Source: Thermomicrobia bacterium
Lineage (GTDB): Bacteria > Chloroflexota > Chloroflexia > Thermomicrobiales > UBA6265
Length of the DNA stretch: 52,176 bases
NCBI GenBank assembly: GCA_044464585.1
Contig: JBIQLF010000011.1
Span: 1-52,176, forward strand
Reading direction: 5' to 3'
In this document: piece by piece, positions 18,771 through 28,337 of the stretch
How positions within the stretch are numbered: the first letter of the stretch is position 1
Layout of the letters: each line of letters starts with the position of its first letter
Made by a program: the position numbers and the translations under genes
Notes under the pieces: generated by a model
Seen by the model: only the letters and a program-made list of their open reading frames with translations
Told to the model about the DNA's origin: nothing
Databases searched by the model: none

Positions 18771-20030
18771 ATGACCACGTCTCCGGCGCGCCGTCGCGTC
18801 GTCGTCACCGGAATCGGCGCGATCTCACCGGTCGGCCTGGATGCCGAAACCACCTGGGCCAATATCGCAGGGGGCGTATCGGGTATCGGTCCGATTACCC
18901 GATTCGACGCAACCGACTTCAAAACCCGATTTGCCGGCGAGGTAAAGGGGTTCGATCCCGAGGGCGCGGTCGGGAAGAAGGACGCTCGCCGGATGGATCG
19001 CTACGCCCAGCTCGGGGTCGCCGCCGCCATGCAAGCCGCCGAAAGCGCCGGTCTCGTCGCGTCGCCGGCCGATCCCAACCGCACGGGCGCGCTGATCGCA
19101 ACCGGGATGGGGGCGATCGAAACAATCGAGACCGGCATGGAAACCTTGCTGGCGCAAGGTCCCGGCCGGATCGGACCGTTCTTCATGCCGATGATGCTCG
19201 CGAATATGGCGAGCGGTCATGTTTCCATGCGGTTGAATGCCCGAGGGCCAAATATGGCCACGGTTTCCGCCTGCGCCAGCTCGGCCCATGCGATCGGCGA
19301 GGCGATGCGCTGGATCGAGCACGACATGGCGGACGTGGTCTATGCCGGTGGGTGCGAAGCGCCAGTCTCCCGGTTGAGCGTGGCAGGATTCAATGCCATG
19401 AATGCGCTGTCCACTCGCAATGACGATCCGGCGGCGGCCAGCCGCCCCTTCGATCTCGGTCGCGATGGGTTCGTGGTCGCCGAGGGCGCGGCCGTGCTGG
19501 TGCTGGAGGAGCGGGAACATGCGCTGGCGCGCGGCGCCACGATTCTTGCCGAAGTCGCTGGATATGGCGCCACCGATGACGCCAATCACATCGTCCAGCC
19601 GGCGCCGGAAGGCGAGGGAGCGGCACGCGCGATGCTGCTCGCCATGGCCGATGCCGGTCTCTCCGCGCCGGATATCGACTATCTCAACGCGCACGGCACA
19701 TCGACGCCGCTCAACGAGAAATTCGAAACCCAGTCGATCAAGGGAGCGTTCGGGAAACATGCCTACGACGTGCCGATCAGCTCGACCAAGTCGATGACGG
19801 GTCATCTGCTCGGCGCCGCCGGGTCGATGGAGGCGGTCATCTCGGTTCTCGCCATCCGGGATCAGACCGCCCCGCCGACCATCAACTACGAGACGCCCGA
19901 TCCCGACTGCGATCTCGACTACATCCCGAACACCAAACGTTCGCTCGTCATTGCGAATGTGATGACCAATTCGATGGGCTTCGGCGGCCATAATGTTTCG
20001 CTCATCATCAGAGCCGCGGGGGGGTCCTGA
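18771..20030 (+). CDS. fabF: beta-ketoacyl-ACP synthase II
   Basis: RRVVVTGIGAISPVG, active-site ACASSAHAIG, HGTSTPLN and GHLLGAAG. Confidence 0.93.
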   Translation: MTTSPARRRVVVTGIGAISPVGLDAETTWANIAGGVSGIGPITRFDATDFKTRFAGEVKGFDPEGAVGKKDARRMDRYAQLGVAAAMQAAESAGLVASPADPNRTGALIATGMGAIETIETGMETLLAQGPGRIGPFFMPMMLANMASGHVSMRLNARGPNMATVSACASSAHAIGEAMRWIEHDMADVVYAGGCEAPVSRLSVAGFNAMNALSTRNDDPAAASRPFDLGRDGFVVAEGAAVLVLEEREHALARGATILAEVAGYGATDDANHIVQPAPEGEGAARAMLLAMADAGLSAPDIDYLNAHGTSTPLNEKFETQSIKGAFGKHAYDVPISSTKSMTGHLLGAAGSMEAVISVLAIRDQTAPPTINYETPDPDCDLDYIPNTKRSLVIANVMTNSMGFGGHNVSLIIRAAGGS

Positions 20031-20142
20031 GGCTTAGAACGACCGGCAAGAGGCAAGAGGCAAACGTGAGCGGTCACGTATGGGTTCTTCGCCTATCCCT
20101 GTGAGTTCCGCGAGGTTCGGTTTCTGGGTGTCCTCCTGAGTA

Positions 20143-20275
20143 CCCGCCTATTGCCGGACGCTCTTATACGGGATCCGCTCGAACCTTTGGGTATGAGCGT
20201 TTCCCATCCTTGAAAGGGTGGGCTAACACACCTGATACGGAACTCGGATTTCATATGTGTCATCGTCCGGATTTC
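20143..20275 (-). repeat. decayed copy (a) of the junction-repeat family, probably a frameshifted gene-end remnant
   Basis: Aligns with 51219-51348 (+), including an 18/20 block, a 20/22 block and the shared GCAATAGGC. It translates to NPSSVSGVLAHPFKDGKRSYPKVRADPV*, related to the C-terminus of the edge ORF at 52009-52176. Confidence 0.6.
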
Positions 20276-20323
20276 GTAGTAAGACCTGGGAACTGGTCGT
20301 ATATCTGGGGACTGATGTTTGCA

Positions 20324-20367
20324 GAACGAACAATGCCGTGGCGTATCTGCCACGGCATTGTTCGTTC
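20324..20367. terminator. 19-bp perfect hairpin 65 nt downstream of rpoD
   Basis: GAACGAACAATGCCGTGGC / GCCACGGCATTGTTCGTTC with a 6-nt loop. The U-run is weak on the minus strand and better on the plus strand (AGTATTTCG). Confidence 0.6.
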
Positions 20368-20430
20368 AGTATTTCGATTCCAGAGCGCGAGGGGGATCCT
20401 CTCAAGGGTCGAGACCCAAGACGCACGACT

Positions 20431-21558
<1,128 letters not shown>

Positions 21559-21629
21559 GGTGCAATCCTGCTTCTTTGACGATTCCCAACGGGACCTTCA
21601 GCGGACCAGTCGAGGGGCGGGTATCGGCA

Positions 21630-21665
21630 TAAAAAAACATCCCGCGCACAGACGGTCGAGGGATG
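21630..21665 (-). terminator. intrinsic terminator-like element inside the rpoD leader
   Basis: The minus-strand RNA reads CAUCCCUCG-(10 nt)-CGCGGGAUG, giving 8 of 9 pairs, followed by UUUUUUUAUG. The U-run ends about 72 nt upstream of the rpoD ATG. Confidence 0.6.
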
Positions 21666-21762
21666 TGGTCTCGCTTGCACTTCGATTGTGGGTGCTCGAT
21701 TCCGAGCAAGCGCCCATGTGAGTGAGATCTCGCTCGACAAATCAACAAGGTCATTACCCTAG

Positions 21763-21791
21763 AGGATAACAGGCAGTGAGCGGCATTTCAA
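21763..21791 (-). promoter_or_regulatory. candidate rpoD promoter
   Basis: Minus strand reads TTGAAA (21791-21786), a 17-nt spacer, then TATCCT (21768-21763). Its -35 box forms an inverted repeat with a plus-strand TTGAAA at 21796-21801. Confidence 0.4.
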
Positions 21792-21832
21792 TGGATTGAA
21801 AACTGTTCACAAATAGCCATATTTTGGGCCGA

Positions 21833-21841
21833 TGCTATACT
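21833..21841 (+). promoter_or_regulatory. extended -10 promoter candidate for yebC
   Basis: TGCTATACT within GATGCTATACTTCGCCGG, 43 nt upstream of ATG 21884. Confidence 0.45.
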
Positions 21842-21883
21842 TCGCCGGTTGTACGACAGATGCTTTCAGGGGAACACAGATCG

Positions 21884-22630
21884 ATGTCGGGACATTCGAA
21901 ATGGGCAACGATCAAGCGAGCCAAGGGCGCAAACGACCAGAAGCGCGGTCAGCTCTTCACCAAGCTGGCGCGCGAAATCACGGTTGCCGCTCGCGCTGGT
22001 GGACCGGATCCGGAGGCCAATTCCCGATTGCGCATCGCCATCCAGAAGGCACGCGCCGAGAATATGCCGAAGGACAATATCGATCGGGCGATCGACCGGG
22101 CGACGGGCGCAGGAAACGCCGAGAACTTCGATGAGATCTCCTATGAGGGATACGGTCCGGGCGGTGTGGCCGTGGTCATCCAGGCGTTGACCGACAACCG
22201 CAATCGCACCGTGGGCGAGGTCCGTTCGGCGTTGACGCGGGCGGGCGGCACGTTGGGCGAATCGGGCAGCGTCGCCTGGATGTTCGACAATGTCGGGTTC
22301 ATCTCGGTCGACGCAAGCGGGTCCGATCCCGAAGAGATCGCGCTCATTGCGATCGACGCGGGTGCCGACGACGTCGCAATCGACGCCGATGGTATCGAGG
22401 TCTATACCGCGGTTCAAAATCTGCATACCGTGCAGGATGTGCTGGTGGCCTCCGGGATTACAGTGAACTCCGCCGATCCGATCATGAAACCAAAAGCGAC
22501 GGTCGCCCCGGATACAGCGTCGGCCATCAAAGTAGTCAAACTCCTGGAAAAGCTCGAAGATCTGGACGATGTGCAGACGGTATATTCCAATCTGGAATTC
22601 ACCGACGAGCTCCTCGCCGAAGCGAGTTGA
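21884..22630 (+). CDS. yebC: YebC/PmpR family DNA-binding transcriptional regulator
   Basis: Canonical N-terminus [22 protein letters not shown]. The track ORF start (21824) lies upstream of the predicted -10 box. Confidence 0.9.
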   Translation: MSGHSKWATIKRAKGANDQKRGQLFTKLAREITVAARAGGPDPEANSRLRIAIQKARAENMPKDNIDRAIDRATGAGNAENFDEISYEGYGPGGVAVVIQALTDNRNRTVGEVRSALTRAGGTLGESGSVAWMFDNVGFISVDASGSDPEEIALIAIDAGADDVAIDADGIEVYTAVQNLHTVQDVLVASGITVNSADPIMKPKATVAPDTASAIKVVKLLEKLEDLDDVQTVYSNLEFTDELLAEAS

Positions 22631-22661
22631 TTCCGATCGCCACCGGCGCGTCTGAACTGCC

Positions 22662-23153
22662 ATGATCGTGCTTGGCATCGACCCCGGCACCGCCAGGATG
22701 GGCTACGGCGTCATCGACACTGCCGGTGGTCTTCCGAGCCTGATCGACTATGGGGTGGCCGAGACCTTCGCCACCGATTCGATGCCGGACCGGTTACTCC
22801 AAATCTACGGCAATATCCGCCTCTTGCTGAACGACCATGCACCCGATGTGATGGCCGTGGAAAAGTTGTTCTTTGCCCGTAACGTGACAACCGCCATCGC
22901 GGTCGGGCAGGCGCGTGGAGTGGTGCTCCTCGCCGCCGCCGAACGGGGGATCCCTGTCCGGGAATACAGTCCGAGCGAGGTGAAGCACTCGATCGTCGGC
23001 TACGGCAAAGCAGACAAATCGCAAATCCAGGAAATGGTCCGCATCATCCTGGCGCTCGATCAGATCCCCAAACCTGACGATGCCGCCGATGCGCTCGCCA
23101 TCGCTGTCTGCGACGCGCATATGACGAGCGGTTACGGCGCGTACACACGATGA
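22662..23153 (+). CDS. ruvC: crossover junction endodeoxyribonuclease RuvC
   Basis: MIVLGIDPGTARMGYGVI and the C-terminal DAADALAIAVCH-like motif. yebC-ruvC synteny. Confidence 0.9.
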   Translation: MIVLGIDPGTARMGYGVIDTAGGLPSLIDYGVAETFATDSMPDRLLQIYGNIRLLLNDHAPDVMAVEKLFFARNVTTAIAVGQARGVVLLAAAERGIPVREYSPSEVKHSIVGYGKADKSQIQEMVRIILALDQIPKPDDAADALAIAVCDAHMTSGYGAYTR

Positions 23154-23935
23154 GCATGCGCCTCGATATCGCCATGGTCGAACGCGGGCTCACCGAGAGC
23201 CGGGCCAAAGCCCAGGCATTGATCATGGCAGGCGACGTTCTCGTCGATGGCCGCCCGGCGCACAAGGCCGGTGAGCCCGTGCAGGCGAATGTGTCGATCA
23301 CGTTGGTCGACGCACCGAAATTCGTCAGCCGGGGCGGGGAAAAGCTCGATCACGCGCTCTCCCGGTTCGAAATCGATCTCACCGGTGCGATTTGCGCCGA
23401 TTTTGGGGCCAGCACCGGCGGGTTCACCGACGCGATGCTGCAGTGCGGGGCCATGCGGGTTTATGCCATCGATGTCGGTTACGGTCAGATCGCGATGCGC
23501 TTGCGCAACGATCCCCGCGTCGTGGTGATGGACCGGACGAATGCACGCTATCTGGAGTCGCTGCCGGAACCCGTCGACTTCGTGGCGATCGACGCCTCGT
23601 TCATATCCCTGGCGAAGCTCTTTCCCGCCGTGCTCGCCGTGTCGAAGGCCGAATCGGCATTGGTCGCGCTGATCAAACCGCAATTCGAAGCCGGCAAGGG
23701 CGAGATCGGGAAGAAGGGCGTCGTCCGCGATTCGGCAATTCATGCCCGTGTGTTGCGTGCCGTCATCGAGAGCGCAGCCGGCCACGGACTCGTACTCCGC
23801 GGTCTTACGGCATCGCCGTTGAAGGGACCTGCTGGAAATATCGAATTCCTCGGATACTTCGAACGCGGCGGTTCTCGCGATGCGATCGATACGGAGACCG
23901 CGATTCGAACTGCACTCGACGAGGCGCCCCGATGA
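23150..23935 (+). CDS. tlyA: TlyA family rRNA (cytidine-2'-O)-methyltransferase
   Basis: S4-like N-terminus (RLD..MVERGL..SR..A..LI), FVSRGGEKL and the SAM motif DFGASTGGFTD. ATGA overlap with ruvC. Confidence 0.85.
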   Translation: MSMRLDIAMVERGLTESRAKAQALIMAGDVLVDGRPAHKAGEPVQANVSITLVDAPKFVSRGGEKLDHALSRFEIDLTGAICADFGASTGGFTDAMLQCGAMRVYAIDVGYGQIAMRLRNDPRVVVMDRTNARYLESLPEPVDFVAIDASFISLAKLFPAVLAVSKAESALVALIKPQFEAGKGEIGKKGVVRDSAIHARVLRAVIESAAGHGLVLRGLTASPLKGPAGNIEFLGYFERGGSRDAIDTETAIRTALDEAPR

Positions 23936-24687
23936 CGACTCCCGATCCATTCATCGATCTTCTGGAGGCCTTGAACGGCCGGACCGATGCGACCGAACAC
24001 GCGGGCGTGCGGATCGACGTTTCCCGGCGGCGGCGCACGGGCGCCCCAGAGGTCGTCTATGGCAAAGGCAAGAATGCCGAGCAGATCGCCACGGCGATAC
24101 GGCGACTGCTGCTCAGCGAAGGCCGAGCGCTGGCCGCGCGGGTGGAACCCGAACGCGCTCCGGAAATCGAGGTTCTCCTTGCGGATTCCAAGGCATCTGT
24201 GATCTATGACGCGATCGGGTATACGCTGATCGCCGCGCGCACCGGTTGTCTACCGATCGCGACCGGCGGCAGGGTCGGCATCATCACCGCGGGTTCTTCC
24301 GATCGCCCCCAGGCGACGGAAGCACGGGTGGTGCTGGCTGAAATGGGTTGCGATACATCGGTTTTTCACGACGTGGGTGTTGCGGGATTGCACCGGTTGG
24401 TGCAGCCGTTGCGCTCGATGGCAGCGTTCGATCCGGACGCCATCATCGTCGCGGCTGGCATGGATGGCATTCTCCCGGGTGTCGTTTCCGGATTGGTGGC
24501 ATTGCCGATCGTGGCGCTGCCGACCTCGACCGGTTATGGATTCGGGGGAGAGGGAGTCGGGGCCATGACGACGATGATGCAGGCGTGCGCTCCGGGAATT
24601 GCCGTGGTCAATATCGACAATGGGATCGGCGCGGGGATCATGGCCGGGCTCATCGCCAATCGCGCCGCCGCTCAACGTTCGTCGTAG
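23932..24687 (+). CDS. larB: nickel-pincer cofactor biosynthesis protein LarB (PurE-like carboxylase)
   Basis: GRVGIITAGSSDRPQA and AAGMDGILPGVVSGLV..P..ALPTS. Start at ATG 23932 (ATGA overlap with tlyA); the longer track ORF is an out-of-frame overlap with tlyA. Confidence 0.8.
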   Translation: MTTPDPFIDLLEALNGRTDATEHAGVRIDVSRRRRTGAPEVVYGKGKNAEQIATAIRRLLLSEGRALAARVEPERAPEIEVLLADSKASVIYDAIGYTLIAARTGCLPIATGGRVGIITAGSSDRPQATEARVVLAEMGCDTSVFHDVGVAGLHRLVQPLRSMAAFDPDAIIVAAGMDGILPGVVSGLVALPIVALPTSTGYGFGGEGVGAMTTMMQACAPGIAVVNIDNGIGAGIMAGLIANRAAAQRSS

Positions 24688-25625
24688 CGCGCGACGACAC
24701 TTCGCAAGACGGCCAGGGCAGCCTCGTCCGGGGTTTTCGAGCGGTTCGCAATCGCTTCGATCGACTCCGAAATCACCTCGTTGGGATCATCGATCCGAAT
24801 CCGCCGCGTCACCGCGCGCCGGAGTTCCGAGCGGGCGATCCGCCGGCGTCTCGTTTCCAGAAGGTGATTGTCCTCGAGAAAATCCCAGTGCCGGTCGATC
24901 GCATCGAGCAACGAACCAAAACCCGTTCGCTCGTTGGCGGAGGTGAGCACGATCGGCGGAGCCCAACCAGAGCCGATCGATGGAGCGAGCAGGAGAATCG
25001 AGCGCAGATCCCTGGCAACCCGTTGCGCACCGGGAAGATCGGCTTTGTTGACGACATAGATATCGGCGATCTCCATGGCGCCGGCCTTCAGCAACTGCAC
25101 GGAGTCGCCGGCGCCCGGTATTTGCACCAAGACCGTGGTATGCACCAAATCGGCGATTTCCAGTTGATCCTGACCGGAACCCACGGTTTCGATCGCCACA
25201 TAGTCATATCCGGCCGCGTCGAAGAGCAGACTCAAATCCGCCGCTGCCGGCGCCAGACCGTCGCTGCGATCGCGGGATGCGAGACTGCGGACGAACACAT
25301 GTGGGTCGAGCGCCATTTCGCTCATGCGAATGCGGTCGCCCAGCGTAGCGCCGCCCGATCGGGGACTGCTCGGATCGACGGCGATGATGGCAATGCGTTT
25401 TCCATGGCTGGAGACCTCCGCGGCCAGTCCAGCCAGCAAGGAGCTCTTGCCCGCTCCCGGCGCACCCGTCACCCCGACCACATGGGCGCGCCCGGTCATG
25501 GGATAGAGCCGGTCGATGATACGCGCCGATGCGCCGGAGTCGTTTTCGATTCGGGTGGCCAAACGCGAAATCGCACGTTGATCGCCGTCGAGCGCCCGCT
25601 CGATCAGGGAATCAAGCGACATCAT
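24672..25625 (-). CDS. meaB: methylmalonyl-CoA mutase-associated GTPase MeaB/ArgK
   Basis: [18 protein letters not shown] and VVNKADL. Start placed at Met 25625 ([12 protein letters not shown]...). Confidence 0.85.
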   Translation of the reverse strand: MMSLDSLIERALDGDQRAISRLATRIENDSGASARIIDRLYPMTGRAHVVGVTGAPGAGKSSLLAGLAAEVSSHGKRIAIIAVDPSSPRSGGATLGDRIRMSEMALDPHVFVRSLASRDRSDGLAPAAADLSLLFDAAGYDYVAIETVGSGQDQLEIADLVHTTVLVQIPGAGDSVQLLKAGAMEIADIYVVNKADLPGAQRVARDLRSILLLAPSIGSGWAPPIVLTSANERTGFGSLLDAIDRHWDFLEDNHLLETRRRRIARSELRRAVTRRIRIDDPNEVISESIEAIANRSKTPDEAALAVLRSVVARYDER

Positions 25626-26031
25626 CCGTCCGGTTCGGAGCATGCTGACGAACATACGCGATGGCCGTCGCCATCGAGGTGCCGGGGCCGAAGATCGCAG
25701 ATACGCCCATGTCCTGAATCGCCGCCCGGTCTTCCTCGGGGATGGTGCCACCGGCGACCACAAGCACATCGTCGAGTCCGCGCGCGTGCAACTCTTCCAT
25801 GATGCGGGGGAAGAGCGTCATATGCGCTCCCGAAAGGATGCTCAATCCGACGACGCTCACATCCTCCTGAAGTGCGGCATTGGCAATCATTTCCGGCGTC
25901 TGAAAGAGACCGGTATAGATCACCTCGAATCCGGCATCGCGGAATGCACGCGCCATAACCTTCGCTCCGCGGTCATGACCGTCGAGTCCGGGTTTCGCGA
26001 TCAATATGCGAATGGGAGTCGCGGACTCCAT
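25612..26031 (-). CDS. cobalamin-binding small subunit/domain of an acyl-CoA mutase
   Basis: DxHxxG motif in [11 protein letters not shown], plus GLSILSGAH and a 139-aa Rossmann-like B12 domain. Confidence 0.85.
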   Translation of the reverse strand: MESATPIRILIAKPGLDGHDRGAKVMARAFRDAGFEVIYTGLFQTPEMIANAALQEDVSVVGLSILSGAHMTLFPRIMEELHARGLDDVLVVAGGTIPEEDRAAIQDMGVSAIFGPGTSMATAIAYVRQHAPNRTDDVA

Positions 26032-26034
26032 TGC

Positions 26035-26910
26035 CTATTTCGCTCCTTCATAGACATAAAAACCTTCGCCAGATTTCCGTCCAAGCTTACCGGATACCAC
26101 CATCCGGCGAAGAAGGGGAGCAGGGCGGTACTTGTCGTCCCCGAGATCGCGATGCAGGACCTCCATGATGGAAAGACAGACATCGAGTCCGATCAGATCG
26201 GCCAAGGTCAACGGTCCCATTGGATGCCCGGCTCCCATGGTCATCACGGAATCGATCTCGTCTCGTCCGGCGACGCCCTCGCTCAGTGCGAAAATCGCCT
26301 CGTTGATCATCGGGACCAGAATGCGATTGACCGCGAAGCCCGGCGTATCCTGCACGGTCACTGGCGTCTTGCCGATCGAGATTGCGAATGTGGTTGCGGC
26401 GGCGATCGTTGCATCCGCGGTCTGCAAGCCCCTGACCACTTCCACCAGGGGAAGCACGGGTACCGGATTGAAGAAATGCAGGCCGACGAAGCGCCCCGGT
26501 TCCGACACCGTCGCGGCAAGCCCTGATACCGAAATCGAGGAGGTATTGGTCGCCAGTATTGCCCGCCGGGTCACGAACCGATCGAGCGATCGAAAGAGCG
26601 CCGCTTTGGCGTCGAAGTCTTCATAGATCGCCTCGATGACCAAATCGACATTCGCGAGCGAGTCGACCTCGGTCGATCTCCCAATTCGGCCGAGGGTCTC
26701 ATCGAGCGCCTGCTGGTCGATCGAACCCTTCTTCCGCAGGCGACCGAGACTGTTTTCGATCGCGGCCATACCGCGGTCGAGATCGCTCGCTCGCTGGTCG
26801 ACCATGGTGACTGGATAGCCAGCGCCGGCGACCACCTGGGCGATGCCGCTCCCCATCGTCCCGGCGCCCACGACTCCGACCGATCGAATCTCATGCTCAT
26901 TTGCGGACAT
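26035..26910 (-). CDS. hbd: 3-hydroxybutyryl-CoA (3-hydroxyacyl-CoA) dehydrogenase
   Basis: [19 protein letters not shown] fold, ...HFFNPVP... and 291 aa. Confidence 0.85.
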   Translation of the reverse strand: MSANEHEIRSVGVVGAGTMGSGIAQVVAGAGYPVTMVDQRASDLDRGMAAIENSLGRLRKKGSIDQQALDETLGRIGRSTEVDSLANVDLVIEAIYEDFDAKAALFRSLDRFVTRRAILATNTSSISVSGLAATVSEPGRFVGLHFFNPVPVLPLVEVVRGLQTADATIAAATTFAISIGKTPVTVQDTPGFAVNRILVPMINEAIFALSEGVAGRDEIDSVMTMGAGHPMGPLTLADLIGLDVCLSIMEVLHRDLGDDKYRPAPLLRRMVVSGKLGRKSGEGFYVYEGAK

Positions 26911-27499
26911 TGGCTGAACCTCCGGTCCCGGCCGGTGTTTTCGATGCGGCGTTGACCGCGTTCATGGCGCTGATCGCTCCTTCGCGTACCCAAATGAGAC
27001 TCGCACTGGCAGCCGCTTCGATAACCCCGGGCAATTCCTGCTGCTCTGCTGGCGAGAACTTCGACAGCACCTGCGTCGTTGCCGACGAGCGCCCCCGGCC
27101 GATGCCGATCCGTAACCGGGGAATCTCGTTGGTGCCGAGCTGCTGGATGACCGACGAGAGCCCATTGTGACCTCCGGCGCTACCACGTTCCCGCAGACGG
27201 ACGGTACCGAACGGCAGATCGAGTTCGTCCAGCACGACGAGAATCTCATCGGCATAGAGCTTGTACCAATGCCCCATCAACCGAACGGCGTCGCCACTCA
27301 GGTTCATATATGTTTGCGGTTTCAACAAAACGACTTTGTCCGTCCCGATGGTGATTTCGGTGACGAGCGACTTGAAACGCGCTTTCGCGGGCGCGGCGCC
27401 GTGCTCCTGGGCGAGCCGGTCGACGACCATGAATCCGATATTGTGACGGGTCCCCGCATATTGATTTCCCGGATTCCCGAGACCAACGATCGCCTTCAT
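26897..27499 (-). CDS. pth: peptidyl-tRNA hydrolase
   Basis: [23 protein letters not shown]. Start moved to Met 27499; the stop overlaps the hbd start by 14 nt. Confidence 0.9.
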   Translation of the reverse strand: MKAIVGLGNPGNQYAGTRHNIGFMVVDRLAQEHGAAPAKARFKSLVTEITIGTDKVVLLKPQTYMNLSGDAVRLMGHWYKLYADEILVVLDELDLPFGTVRLRERGSAGGHNGLSSVIQQLGTNEIPRLRIGIGRGRSSATTQVLSKFSPAEQQELPGVIEAAASASLIWVREGAISAMNAVNAASKTPAGTGGSANVRK

Positions 27500-27580
27500 T
27501 CGTGCACTACCCGGCCTCCCCGTTCTTTGCGACGTCTTCGCCACGCGCCTCCCCTTTTCGGAGGGGGCTCCGAGGCCCAA

Positions 27581-27589
27581 TGCTATACT
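27581..27589 (+). promoter_or_regulatory. extended -10 promoter candidate for the tatB-like/tgt gene train
   Basis: TGCTATACT within AATGCTATACTTCACCGG, 75 nt upstream of ATG 27664. Confidence 0.45.
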
Positions 27590-27663
27590 TCACCGGCGCT
27601 CGGCCCGACAAGACGACCACCGTTCGAGCGCCGCCATTCGCATTCACATGAGGAAAACTCGCC

Positions 27664-28299
27664 ATGGGATTCTTGGGAATGGGGATGCAGGAGATCGTGA
27701 TCATCGCGATCGTCGCCCTCATTATCTTCGGTCCGGACCGTCTTCCGGAACTCGCCGGTCAAGCCGGGAGATTTCTGCGCGATGCCAAGAAGATGACTTC
27801 TGATCTTCAAGGCGAGTTCGAGCGGGAAGCGGGCGTCAATGTCCGCGAGCTGCGCGGTCAGGTCGATCGCGAACTCGCCGGCATCAAGGGAGAGCTGGCC
27901 GGAGTCAACTCGACCCTGCAAAAAGAAGCGAACAACGTCAAGAAGACCGCCCAAAGCGCCACCTCCGCATCCAGCAAGAGCGGCTCGTCGTCGACCTCCA
28001 CGACCAGCGCGAGCGCCAAATCGACCACGGCGGCCAAATCATCGGTGAGCTCAGCCAAGACCGGATCGACCACCAAGACTGCCGAGGTCAAACCGGTCGC
28101 ATCGAAAAAAGACCCACTGGCCGATGTTTCCTTCCTGGACAATGTTGGTGAGCCATCCGCGGTCAAAACCATCTCGGCCAACGGAGCAGCAAAAAGCGCC
28201 TCGGCCAGCGCGTCCGCATCGAACGGCGCCGATCGTGCCGATGCGGTCCAACGCGCTCGAAACCGCCGCCTGCAGGCGGGCTACAACCAGCCGCGATAA
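27664..28299 (+). CDS. TatA/TatB family twin-arginine translocase protein with long low-complexity tail
   Basis: TM helix followed by IFGPDRLPELAGQAGRFLRDAKK. The C-terminal ~120 aa are Ser/Thr/Ala/Lys-rich. Confidence 0.7.
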   Translation: MGFLGMGMQEIVIIAIVALIIFGPDRLPELAGQAGRFLRDAKKMTSDLQGEFEREAGVNVRELRGQVDRELAGIKGELAGVNSTLQKEANNVKKTAQSATSASSKSGSSSTSTTSASAKSTTAAKSSVSSAKTGSTTKTAEVKPVASKKDPLADVSFLDNVGEPSAVKTISANGAAKSASASASASNGADRADAVQRARNRRLQAGYNQPR

Positions 28300-28337
28300 C
28301 GGCTGATGCATTCGCTGCCGCGACCGGAGCGCGATCG

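Noticed and set aside
20205-20232. TGAAAGGGTG...CACACC, resembling the RNase P RNA CR-II/III region.
   Set aside because: The universally conserved GGAAAGTCC and ACAGAA..GGCTTA elements are absent on both strands. The segment instead aligns with the repeat copy at 51.2 kb.
20093-20353. 86-aa minus-strand ORF in the fabF-rpoD spacer.
   Set aside because: It runs through the rpoD terminator hairpin and across the frameshifted repeat relic, and it is Arg/Ser-rich. It is read as an artefact of the decayed copy.
23392-23931. N-terminal 180 codons of the 431-aa track ORF that ends as larB.
   Set aside because: This part overlaps tlyA in another frame and is Arg-rich nonsense. LarB-like sequence begins at ATG 23932, which forms an ATGA overlap with the tlyA stop.
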